A program made the position numbers and the translations under genes. A stretch of 64,000 bases of DNA from Seison nebaliae (Eukaryota). Positions within the stretch are counted from its first letter, which is position 1; every line of letters begins with the position of its first letter. Below are positions 51,637 to 63,718 of this stretch, one piece after another. Below the pieces are notes generated by a model. That model saw only the letters and a list, made by a program, of their open reading frames with translations. It did no database searches and had not been told where the DNA came from. The stretch is taken from contig JALJEE010003013.1 in NCBI GenBank assembly GCA_023231475.1, positions 1 through 64,000 of the forward strand, given 5' to 3'.

Positions 51637-53046
51637 TCATTCATCATTATAATCTGCTTGTTCTGTTTTTTCAAATAAAACTCCAGAAATTCTTTCTCCT
51701 TTCAACATTGATGTAAATTGTTCGATATTTTGAATTTTAATAGAAAATTGGTCATTTATAAAAATCCATTGGTTACCTCTTTGAATTAAAGCCATCGTAT
51801 GGATGCGACTTTGTTGTTCATAAAAGAAATCTGTGGCATAACTGACTACCCATTCACAAATTACTTTCAGTCTGTCTACAACTTGGTGTTGTTCTTTCGA
51901 TAAATAATCATAAACTTTAGGTTCTTTAATCTTGATTGACTCCATGATTTTATGTCGCAATTCTTCGATACATAAAGGATTTTTTCGGGCAGATTTTTCG
52001 GGTGTAGGTTTCAGTTCTTTGTACATTACAACCATTTCTTCGTCGATTGCAATTCCTATTGATCTTAATCTGTAAAGTATATTTGTTTTACCAATTGGAA
52101 GATGAATGGTGAACGGTTCATTTCCCTTCAATTGGGGAATAGTATGAAATTGATATACTAAATATATGGGGAAATTGGCAACATCATATTTTCCAAGAAA
52201 CTTCCTAAAATAGAAACCATCGGTAAAGGCTCTAATCATTTGATCTATTGTTGATGGATGGAATTGAAATATATGAGGACCAGACAAACTAATTTGGAGT
52301 AGATTAGGTATGGCTTTTAAGGAAGATAAATCTTCTTTCAACCCATTTATTTCCATTCGCTGGTTATTTAATAGAAAACACTCTGTCTTGTCACTTCGGA
52401 TCTGACTATTATCTGTTCTCTTAATTGGATTACGGATGTGTAAATGTAAATTCAACATATTTAATTCTTGATAATAGATAAATTCATAATTTTGTCCCCT
52501 TTCAACCGAACTTTTCACATCGAACATATCATTCAGTAATGTATCCCATCTTACCATGTCACTTGGGTCACTTTGTTTGCTTTTTATAGCTAAACGCTGG
52601 AATTTTTCATCCAGGTTCTCATTGAGATTTTCATTTAGTTCAAGACCGCTTGAGTATGTTTTGAAAATTAGATAATCTCCACAAAATCCATATTTAGAAA
52701 CATATGGAGTGTTTTCAGCTACTTTTATGATTCCTGTGCGTAATATATCTCCCACCGTTTCATCCAAATGTTCAATTTTTTTTGGAACTGGTTTCGCAAT
52801 ACAATTGTATATATTTTCTATAAACTTACACAAGTCTAATTTTTTACATTTCTGCTTGTCTTCTATTAGTCTCATTAAGATAGCACTAGAAGTAATCATT
52901 CCGATTATTGAGTTAGTCATACATACTCCAATATTCGGTGGATTTAACAATCCGACAGTAGCTTTATCCGATTTCTCAAATAATTTATCTAAATAATTCC
53001 ATTTTTGTTGCCATTGTAAATTTCTGAAAGTGGGATTGAGGTCCAT
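51637..53046 (-). CDS. Intronless, highly divergent ubiquitin-specific protease (peptidase C19/USP-like), ~469 aa from first ATG
   Basis: Cys box-like VGLLNPPNIGVCMTNSII (cf. GLxNxGNTCYxNS), LYRLRSIGI, His box-like RIHTMALIQRGNQWIFIND, terminal GVLFEK; open frame with no introns. Confidence 0.7.
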   Translation of the reverse strand: MDLNPTFRNLQWQQKWNYLDKLFEKSDKATVGLLNPPNIGVCMTNSIIGMITSSAILMRLIEDKQKCKKLDLCKFIENIYNCIAKPVPKKIEHLDETVGDILRTGIIKVAENTPYVSKYGFCGDYLIFKTYSSGLELNENLNENLDEKFQRLAIKSKQSDPSDMVRWDTLLNDMFDVKSSVERGQNYEFIYYQELNMLNLHLHIRNPIKRTDNSQIRSDKTECFLLNNQRMEINGLKEDLSSLKAIPNLLQISLSGPHIFQFHPSTIDQMIRAFTDGFYFRKFLGKYDVANFPIYLVYQFHTIPQLKGNEPFTIHLPIGKTNILYRLRSIGIAIDEEMVVMYKELKPTPEKSARKNPLCIEELRHKIMESIKIKEPKVYDYLSKEQHQVVDRLKVICEWVVSYATDFFYEQQSRIHTMALIQRGNQWIFINDQFSIKIQNIEQFTSMLKGERISGVLFEKTEQADYNDE

Positions 53047-53129
53047 GTCGAAATTAAGCAAATCAAGATTGAATAACGAAAATAAAATTAAAAGTTCAAA
53101 ATGAAACAACTTGAAAACTTTCAAATATA

Positions 53130-53700
53130 CACTACTGGACTTAAGTTAGTTTTAGCCGAATTTAGTTTTATTGGACAAAGGAGATGAAACAATTTAAAAA
53201 CTTAAATGAAACACAATTTAGTATGACATCCAGCCTCCGTGCTCCATTTCAAACAGCCTTGATGGCATTGATAATTGATATACAGTTTTCTATTATATTA
53301 TTATCCATTTTCTCCCACTTTTCTTCAATTTTAGAGAAGAGCTTGTCGGTGGTTCTAAAGGACTCTAATATTTTTGGAATATTGCCCAAACGTCTTCGAT
53401 TGGATTTAGATGGGGAGGCCGAGCCGGATGGGGAAAAATTTTCATATTTTCTTCTTCCAAATAGGTTAGACTAGCCCTTGATTTGTGAATGGCCGCATTA
53501 TCCTGCTGGAAAGTGAATTTATTTTCGTAGAAGGTACGACAATCGTTTACAAAATGTTCGTGCAGCATTTTGATTTAATTTTCGCTGTTCATCATTTCTT
53601 TTATTAGGATAATTTTTCATTTATAGCCGCCTCCAATGTCGCCCCAAATCATTAGTGATTTTTTATAATGTTTCGCGTATACGTTTATGCTCGACGTATA
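53130..53700 (-). mobile_element. Tc1/mariner (DD34E) transposon remnant, 3' part with one terminal inverted repeat
   Basis: SLMIWG, FTFQQDNAAIH-(34 aa)-NPIEDVW and SMPSRL...GG..SY* with in-frame stops; terminus TA|CACTACTGGACTTAAGT at 53128-53146 resembles Tc1-type TIR starts; left end not found. Confidence 0.85.
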
Positions 53701-54163
53701 TGTGCTTTAAAGATTCCAAACAAAAATTATCTAGTTCGCAAATGATTTATAAATGTACAAAAAATCGAATTTCCTCATAAAATGTTGAATATTTAACCAT
53801 GGTCATTGCAATGAATCACTTGCTATATAAGTCAAATTTTCAACCACAATGTTTTCATCATTCTATTTTAAAGTTTTTTTTAAAAAATCTCCAATATATA
53901 GAATGGCTTCAATTAAATAGGATGACCAAATCACCGTCTTTAGCAAAACAGGATAACAAAACAATATTAAGAATAATTCTGATATTTTAGGTCTGCTATG
54001 GATTATGTAAAAACAATTTCTCTTATGTTTTCTTCCTTTTCTTTAGTATTCAATTGGCAGCAGAAAAAATATAAGTTTAATAGATAATTTAATAAGACAA
54101 AATGGATCAATATTAGCAACGTTAATCGTATCTTTCTTACGAATTAGTTTTATGAATTAGGAA

Positions 54164-55939
54164 ATGACCATTAATTTTTCTAATTTCACTTTGCTCATTT
54201 GGATATTTAACTTTCGCTTAATTTCATCAATCCTTATCAGATATCGTTGTTCAAATAAATTTGAATATGCCTGTTTGGGTGCAAATAAGAAGTATGATAG
54301 TTACACAATTACAGCAACGCTAATCATTACGGGAACCAGTCAGGCGACGATTAGTTGCTCAGCTTATGAAAACTTAATTGTTTATATAATTGATTATTAA
54401 CTTTCATTATTCTCTAATAGCTTATATGTAAAATTATGGAGAATGCCAAAACCATCGTTGTCAAACCGGAATTTCAACGAGGAATACCAATCACAATTTA
54501 TAGGTTGATTTTTCAAGATGAAACTGAAATAAAGGAATTTTTTTGTTTTTCCAATTAATTGAAATATTAGTGGAGAAAGAGCAGAAACACCGATGGAGTT
54601 CTCTACACCAGAAGATGAAAAAAAGGTCAGTTTGGTTATCGGAGTAGATGTAAAACATTCATGGGACAAACGTCTAGTATATAATTACTACATAACTCCA
54701 GTTTAAATTTTTGAACTTCAATTCACAAAAACTAATTTCTTTACATGAACCAGACTGGACAGACGTTTCGTCAGTATCGCAAGAAAATGGAGGAAAAGTT
54801 AAATTTTATGAAAAATTTGTGTATTTTAATATAATTGAGTCGTTTTCTAGACGCTCAAAGCATCACTTGGATATAAACTCCAAAGCACATAGTTATCCGA
54901 ATTTTTTAAAGAAAACTAAACGATTAATGCTATCTCCCGCCTCAACACTAATTCCAATCAATTTAGATATACACATGATATATGACGTGTTTTTGAATGG
55001 TTCCTTAATCACGTCAGAGGAATCAACTTCTCTCATTTACACAGAAGTTCCATTTTGATCAAAATATTAATGAAAGGAACTCTTCGTTTAAACAGATAAA
55101 AGCAGCCATATTTCATTCCTTAAAATTCTTAGGCGGTAAAATATTCAAATCGATCAATTCCGTTACCGTGACCGGACGAACAATTTATTCGGTAAAGAAT
55201 AGTATGAAAGTTTATTTTGAAGCACGATTCGCAACACAACTATGCAATTTCAATCAAAAATTTCTTGAACCTCATGATAAAGAAAAGTCACACGTTATAC
55301 TCACTACTAAAGCTTATGATAAATTGTCAATTGATCTCCCACAAACTTTGAGACGATCAATGTTTGTTCATAAATTAAGTTTTCTTTTCCATTTAAGCTT
55401 GTTAATGTTAACAAATTTCCATATCTCAGTAATCTTTGATTTCCTGTTAAGACCTCTGAGAAATTCAGATTTCGATGCAGGAGAACGTCGGACGGCGAAG
55501 AATTCATCAAACCATAATATTAAAATTTACATTCTAATTTTGATCATCCTTATGCTAGTAGCACTCTATATCTATAAAGATCAAACTGAAACATTTGTTA
55601 AAAAATTCATATTTTCAAGTTACAAGTTTAAACTCGTCAACTTCCAAATGAATAAGTTCGCTTTTTTTGTACTCTTTTTAGGAAATTCTAATCCGAAGTC
55701 TAAAGAATCTTCATTCCTCTTCAACAGTTTCTATTTAATTCGACATTTTGCCACTTCTATATTTTTCAGATTCTTCGAAAAATAATCTTTTTCTAAAAGA
55801 TAAGAGAGGTTCAAAATCAACAGGTAGTTCTGGAAGCATACATATATCTCACCCAAACGCCAAATATCGATCATCATCATTACCTCCTCTTACATCTACA
55901 CCTTCCTCTGGTTCCCATCGTCAATCAACGCTAACGTGA
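54164..55939 (+). CDS. Putative multi-exon orphan single-pass membrane protein (exon structure unresolved)
   Basis: Successive same-strand ORFs separated by intron-like GT..AG AT-rich stretches; TM helix IYILILIILMLVALYIY; Ser-rich tail. Confidence 0.4.
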
Positions 55940-56151
55940 TACTAACATTTATCTTGTAAGATGCCTTAAAAGATTTTTTGGAAATTTATATTAAGAAACT
56001 GACAATTGACAAAGTTCATGTCGATTTCGTTTCTGAATATTTTTTTATTATATATAAAATTAAATTGAAAATTGTTATACTAATAGACATGAATTAGGTT
56101 CAATTGAAAATTTTATTTCGATTTTATAATTTCCTAAAAAATTATTTCCTC

Positions 56152-59047
56152 ATGAATTTTTATTATTTTCTTATATCAACTCTTGTTATCACGTTGGAGG
56201 CTTCTAAGAATAGATTAGGTGTTTATTACTCGTCTAATATTCCTCCTTGTTTTTACTGCGAGGGTGACACAATTGAAGATCTCAATTTCACATCAACATC
56301 CGAGTTGATTTGTAGGGACGAGAGTTCTAATTTAACGGTGAGTTCATTTGTCATTAACCAATACTTAATTATGTTTGGTAGCTTAGCTATGTATCACCAG
56401 AATCAAAGCCCCTTTGCTCCTATGACGAAGTTGAAAATTTTCCATCCCGCTCTGTGGTAAGAGTTTTCAAATTAACGTTAGTTCATCCTTCTTATTCAGA
56501 TTTCAACCGAAATCAGATTTGATATGTACCGAAAAAAATTGGATTAAGTTTTTAGATTTTGAATTTATACTTTAACTGTTCTCAATTCGGATAGTCTTAT
56601 AATTTATCTTATTTCAGTCATTTCTTCTTTTATTTCAAAATTTAAATTTTGATGAATATTGAAAATAAATCTTGTTTGATTGTTTTTAGGAAAGAGCAAC
56701 CAGTAATTCCCAAATTTACAAAAGATTATGAAGTTTTAGCGATTCTAGATCCGGAAAAATTATTGAAAACATTCGATGATGTACATTTAGTTATCACTTA
56801 TACAGTTAAATTTTATAGAATTATTATGATTGATTTTTATTCATCAAATTATACAGCCAAATAAGAAGCAAGTAAAAATTGTTTCTCCTGAAGATTTTGC
56901 TCAATTGTCCGATTCTTCCCCTTCTGAACGGCCGACGATACGAACATTGCTCTCAACCACAACATTGGAATCAACCACAGCATTAGAACTAACAACAACA
57001 TTAGATCCAACAACTAAATTAAACCCAACAACTAAATTGGATACAACGATAAAATTGACTAGAAAACGGTCAACAATTGTAACGATGGAGAAAGAGTGGA
57101 AAAAAAATAAAATGCCGATTCTCAATAATCCTATAATAAGTAAATCATTAGGTAATTCAAATGAGAAAAATGTGAAACCTCGATGGAAACATAAGAATGA
57201 ATCAAGCCTAAACGAAAAAGTGAAAGATGAAGGATTGTCAATAAACGATATCTTGAAGATGGGAAGATTTAATTTTTCAGCGGAAAATGATATTTTCATA
57301 CTGATCACCCAAAGTTCAGTTTTGACTTTGAGTAATGCTTATGTGAAAAATACTTGGATCACGAATAGCGTTACAAATTTATTTTGTTTTTCAATAATAA
57401 TGTAAAGTAATATAGATAAGAAATACGATTCGGAAATTAATGTGGAATTTAATAAGAGATCTACCTAAAAAGCATATCGAGGTGGCTATAGGTACATTAG
57501 GACAAAATATTAATAAGAAATTTGAGATCGATATACATTTCAGCATAAGAACGAGAAGATCGAGACTATCAAGTCAGTATCCGGATATATTTCATACAAA
57601 ACATCAGCTCGAAAGATTAATGAATGCAAAAAATTTTACGGATGTATATCAAAGGAGTTTAAGGTCATCAATAGCTTTAGAGTCGATAGGTTCCATATCC
57701 ACCTTTCATAAATTTGTTTATTAAAAATATGTTCATTAATTAGCCCTTAAACCAGCTGTGGCGATGGCATGGACTGTTAGAATTAAAAATACGGAACATC
57801 AAATTTTTCCCATTCATAAATGGTTTATAGTTGGTTGTTGTGCTCTAATGGGACTACTCATGGCAATCATGCTAAGTTACCGATATAGGCATCAGATAAG
57901 AATGAAATGGCTTAAAACGAGGAAAGAAGTGAAAAAGATGTTTAAACGACGAAAATGGAGTGTATTAGCGAAACAATCTGCAAACACTCCAGATATCTCT
58001 AAGTTTAATAGACGTACAACTGGTAGCGATCCAAAGAATTTCACAGAAGTTGACGAAGCAGAATTTGAAGAGTACGGAAAATTCTTCGGACCTTTCGGAC
58101 ATCGAGGTTCTTTTTCATTCAAAATATTTAAGTTTATTCTTATTTTAGTTAATTTCGCACGCAATCGATATTATGATATACCTGAAAGTACTGTTGGATC
58201 TACAGAACTCTCAGTCTTATATTCGGGATCGGACAGAACTGGTAGAACAAGAGACAGAAATCGACTTTCTAGAAACAAGTCCAAAGAATCCATCAAACAC
58301 AAAGTATCAACATCGAAATCTAAGGCAGATGCTCGTAAATCGAAAATAGAAATGGAACCTAGAACGGAAACTCGTAGAGCAAGGTCAGAACCGGTTGTTG
58401 AGATAGTAAGACCAAGGGGAGAATCATCGAGACCGAGAGGAGAATCATCTAGACAGAGAGTAGAAAGCAGACCCGAAACATCCAGATCTAGAGCGGATGC
58501 CTCCAGATACAGAGTTGAGTCTTCGAAATCTCGCGAAGATACTCGATCAAGAGTTGAACCTTCAAAATCGAAAGTAGAAACTTCCAAGTCGAAGTTAGAA
58601 CAATCAGGATCGAAAGTAGAAAGATCAAAATCCCGGGTTGAAACATCAAAAACAAAAGTAGAACCTTCCAGATCAAGAGTCGAAGCGGGCAGATCTCGAA
58701 CGGAACAATCTAAAACAAAACTGGAAGGATCTAAATCGAGAGTTGAAAAATCAAGATCACGAGTCGAACCGGCTAGATCGAGGACGGAAGGAAGAATTGA
58801 TCAATCGAGGTCGAGAACGGAGGGAAGAGTAGATCAATCGAGATCGAGGACAGAAGGAAGAGTTGATCAGTCGAAATCACGGACAGAATATAGACCTGAA
58901 AGAAAAGTGGAACCATCGAAATCAAGAGATATATCACTGAAGGGACAAAACAAAAACAAAGTTATTTTCTCCGCCCCACAAAATGAGTCATCCACCCGAA
59001 TGGATTCGAATAAACAAGGGTCTTCCAGATCTAGAACAAGACATTAA
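56152..59047 (+). CDS. Putative multi-exon orphan type I membrane protein with Thr-rich stalk and S/R/E/K-repeat cytoplasmic tail
   Basis: Signal peptide MNFYYFLISTLVITLEA, Cys-containing segment, TTTL repeats, TM WFIVGCCALMGLLMAIML, repeat tail; 5' exon junctions not resolved, and it could be two genes. Confidence 0.5.
58410..58930 (+). repeat. Coding tandem repeats: ~21-nt (SRVEPSK-like) and 33-nt (RTEGRVDQSRS) units
   Basis: Visible in the translation; synonymous divergence between units. Confidence 0.85.
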
Positions 59048-59299
59048 CAATAACTTTATTAATTAACTTCATAATTTTTTCAAAAAAATTAATTTTGAAT
59101 AGAAGAATTTCAAATATTTCTTTCAGCGTATACATCTCATGTGAGTCTCAACTATTATCGACAATTTCTATTATTGTACAATTTCTATTATAATTCGAAG
59201 AATATTATTGTTTTTTGTTTTAATTATTTCTAATTCAAATTTTTATTATTCACTTTATAAAAATTTTCTCTAAATTATTTCAAGTAAGATTTTAATTAA

Positions 59300-59860
59300 T
59301 TAATTTTAATTATTATTTATTGAAGTACAATCCCAATTAGGGTAAAAGAAAAAAAAAGAAATAAATTATAAAAGATTAATAAGATCACCAAAATAATTTT
59401 TTAGACCGACAAAATTATTATTGTTGATTAGCTCACGGCCAAGTGAAATACTAGAGACAAGATCACCCGGTATGTACTCATCCAACTTGAAGTTGTGTAG
59501 CATACCCCTGGCATCAGAGAGAGATGATGGATACGATAAATTATAATATGAACAAAAATAACGGAGAGGAGTGTTAAATTTCTCACATTGCGAGAATTCC
59601 GGGAAGGGAAACGGAGAGGTCAATATAGTTTCCGATAGCGAGAGATAACGATCAAGCATAATAACCGGAAAGGGAGATAGTTCCACAATAGAAAACATGA
59701 AAGCCCTGCAAAACGGTCTAGGACGGCCCAGTAAGATACGAATGCACCGGTTATAAGCCTTATCCAAGGAGCCCATGGACTTATTAGAGATACCAAGAGA
59801 CGCTTGAAGTCCATAGAACCCACAATAGAACGTGACGAAAAGTTTCATCTTCAATTTCAC
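59300..59860 (-). mobile_element. 3' end of a non-LTR retrotransposon (5'-truncated insertion)
   Basis: KMKLFVTFYCGFYG...LDKAYNRCIRILLGRPR...MF resembles the post-RT C-terminus of L2/Daphne-type LINEs; followed by a short 3' UTR with AATAAA and an AT-rich tail. Confidence 0.7.
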
Positions 59861-60449
59861 TGGATAAAATTTACATTTATGATTTAATAATTAAAATAAT
59901 TATTCAATTTAATTAAAGCAACTTTTAATTTTTTGAAGATAACATCTCTAAGGTAATTAGATTAGACGCTTAACCTGAAAATTGAAAGTTTACATCTTTT
60001 AGAGATTTTATTATTCTCCGGTTCTTTCTTTAGCAGAATAAATGAAGAATAACTTCAGATATTGATATTGAATTATTCTTAGAATTGTAACTATTATATG
60101 AAATGTTATGATCGATAAGAAATGTGCACGAAAAATATTCACGGAACTTCATAGTAGAAGGATACGAAATTAGAAGGTTAAAGCAAAGAGAAGTGTATGA
60201 TTAGAAGAGATTATTATGATGAAAAAAGACGTGTAGTGATAGAAGAGCTATAAAATAATGAATGAGAGAGAAAGAATTAAGAAATTTAAGCTGAATTATC
60301 ATTCGGAAGATATTGAACATTCTGAATAATTGTCTCGTACCAGAGTCTTGTTACTAGATTGACGTAAGAGGAAAATAAATAAGAATATAAACAATCAAAG
60401 CCTTCATCAAAAAGCAGCAAAAAAACTTATATAATATTCGAGAGAGAAA

Positions 60450-63400
60450 ATGAGAAATATCCGTGGTGATACAATGCGAGGCTTGTCCGTTTTCATTTCA
60501 GACATTCGCAATTGTCGAAGTCGTGAAGCTGAAACGAGAAGAATTTTAAGAGAATTGGCAAATATACGATCGAAGTTTCGTGGTGATCGTGCACTGGATG
60601 GATATCAAAAAAAGAAATATGTTTGTAAACTAATTTTCATTTTCCTTCATGGATATGACATCGATTTCGGTTATAATGAGGCGGTCAATCTTTTGTCTTC
60701 CAATAAATATTCAGAGAAGCAAATTGGCTACCTCTTCATTTCGATTTTAGTGAGTGCCGAGAATGATTTGATGCGACTAATCATGCAGAATATCAGAAAT
60801 GATCTTCAATCTCGCAATCCCATATTCGTTCAATTGGCATTGCAATGTATAGCGAATATGAATGATAATCCGGAAATCGTTGAGATGGTAGGACAAGAAA
60901 TACCAAAATTATTAATTTCTGGTGAATCCATTGACTCGATTAAACAAAGTGCAGCATTATGTTTATTGAAATTAGTGAGATTACAACCAAATTTGATCGA
61001 TCACGATTATGCTCCACGAATTATTCATTTATTAAACGATCAACATATCGGTGTAGTAACGGCAGCAACTGGTCTATTAGTCCAATTGTGTAAACAATTT
61101 CCAGAAGAATATAAGGGATGTGTATCATTGACAGTATCTCGTTTGTCACGTATCATTACCACATCATATAAAGATTTACAGGATTATACTTATTATTTCA
61201 TTCCTGCACCGTGGTTAGCTGTGAAATTGTTGCAAATCCTTCAATGTTATCAACCGTCAGAAGATGCTGGAATTAGAAGTCGTTTAAATGAATGTTTGGA
61301 TACGTTGTTGAAGAGAGTGGTGGATAATCCACGAACGAAAAAAACTCAACATTCCAATGCGAAGAATGCTGTTCTATTTGAAGCGATTCTTCTTATTATT
61401 CATTTGGATAATGAACCGGAATTATTGATTCGTGCTTGTAATCAATTAGGCGTATTTCTCACTAGTCGAGAAGTGAATTTACGTTATCTGGCATTAGAAT
61501 ATATGTGTCTATTAGCAACTAGTGAGTTCGCTCATGAAGCTGTAAAGAGACATGATGAAACGGTTTGTGCTGCACTTCGAACAGAGAGAGATATTAGTGT
61601 TCGTCAGAAAGCTGTCGATCTTCTTTATGCGATGTGTGATCAAACGAATACGGAACAAATAGTTGAACAAATGTTATCTTATCTACAAGCGAGTGCAGCC
61701 GATTATTCGATCAGAGAAGAAATGGTATTGAAAGTAGCAATACTAGCAGAGAAATATGCCATAAATACCAATTGGTATTTAGACGTCATGTTAAGACTGA
61801 TTAGATTAGCGGGCGATTTTGTAAGTGAAGAAGTTTGGCAACGTGTCATCCATATCGTAACGAATCGTCAAGAAGTACAAGGATATGCAGCAAAGACGGT
61901 ATTCGAAGCATTGCAAGCACCAGCTTGTCATGAAAATATGGTGAAAGTTGGCGGTTATATTTTGGGAGAATTTGGGAATTATATTGCTGGTGATCCACGT
62001 TCATCACCCGAAGTCTTACTACAAATTCTTCATTCTAAATTTCCATTCTGTACTTTGTCCACGCGCTACATTCTATTAACGGCATATGTGAAATTTGCCA
62101 ATTTATTTCCGGAAATGAGATCGAAAATTCTGGAAATTCTCCATTTGGATATGAACATCAGATCAGCTGATATCGAAATGCAGCAACGTGTATCCGAATA
62201 TCATCAACTGATAAAGACGAGTTCTGATGATGAATTGGCTTACGTATTTGAGAATATGCCGTCATATCCAGAGAGAGAATCATCAATTCTTTTAAAATTG
62301 AAACAGAAGAAACAATTGACAAATGTCGATCATCCTTCTAATGGGAATGTCGATAAGAAGAATGATGTCGTCTCATCATCAACTGCTCCTTTCAAAAATG
62401 ATTTGTTAACTAATAAATCGAATACTTTATTAGAGAAAGCTAAAGTAGAATCTATCACTAATAATTTATCTGGTCTCTTAATTGATGATTTAAATATGAA
62501 TGATTCCTCTCAACCATCATCCAACGGAAACATTATCGATTCGTCCATCAACAACAAACCATTATCCAACCAACCAATTCAACAACAACAACAACAACAA
62601 CAACCAACAGCATCAATACCTAATAATAAAATAGAAACAAATTTGAATGATATTTTTGGTCTTGGATCTACATCGACTGATGTACCATCATCCATCGTAT
62701 CATCATCAATTTCGCCATTTGTCAACAATAACGAAATCGATATTCCGTCAAATGATAATTTGAAAAAAGCAATCATGAGACATTTGGAAGGTTTTGCAAT
62801 AACCGAAGATAATTGTCGCATCGACATCACATGTGAAACGAAGAAGAATTTCTGTAAATTACAAATAACTTTCTCTAATTCTGTTCCATCCTCCTTTGTC
62901 ATGATTGACTCTTCGGATATCAATGTTCCAAAATTACAATTATTACAAAATAATTTATCATCCTTCACTGAACCGAAAGCATTAATCTTTACGGGACAAT
63001 GTTCCCAAGTATTTCGCACTATCGACAATGCTTCATCCTTACCTGTCATCGACTTTAAGTTTTCTTCCTTTAAACATTTCATTTTTCTTCAATTCATTCT
63101 AGATTTGGTGAGAAAACTTACCATATGACATGTCCATTATTTCTCAATTATTTCGCTAGTGATTCACCAATGGAAAAATCCGTATTCCAACAACGATGGA
63201 CTTATTTAGCATCGTTATTCTTTATTTTCTTCTTTTACATAAAATTCAACATTCTCCTCAACTTTTTTTTCAATTGATTTTTACAATTTTTCATTCTGCA
63301 TTTTTCTCTTCCTTTTTAGAAATGGGAAAATGACATCTAAAATATTCGAAGTCTCTTGGACATATGAACCATCGATGAATAATATAATCGATTCGAAAGT

Positions 63401-63718
63401 TTCTTAAGATATTAATCTTTTTTCCTAATTCTTCTGTCATCTAGTTAATCGGAATGGGATTTGCAATAATTGGAAAATCAGAACCGAATCAACTAGAATG
63501 GAATGGAGGTCTCATCGTCAATGTCAGTAGTCAAATGAAAGGTGTCTTGCACAAACTACGATATAATCAAACAACACAAGTTATATTTTGTATTGAGAAA
63601 TAATTAATTAAATCGGAAAATTTGTAAATAGATGTGGCAAACGGAAATCTTATCAACTCAACAAGATGTTGCTGATGAAATTGCTTCATTGGTTGTCGCG
63701 AATATTTCTCATAATTAA
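60450..63718 (+). CDS. AP2A: AP-2 complex subunit alpha (alpha-adaptin), 5 exons
   Basis: [51 protein letters not shown]; spliced appendage ..[21 protein letters not shown]; stop 63716-63718. Confidence 0.97.

Noticed and set aside
51637..53700. USP-like gene as cargo inside the Tc1 element
   Set aside because: The Tc1 terminus with its TA target site lies between the transposase and the USP-like gene, and no matching TIR was seen beyond the gene
62579..63082. 167-aa minus-strand ORF, and similar antisense ORFs at 56901-57308 and 58171-58587
   Set aside because: Antisense to plus-strand coding exons, with no independent motifs
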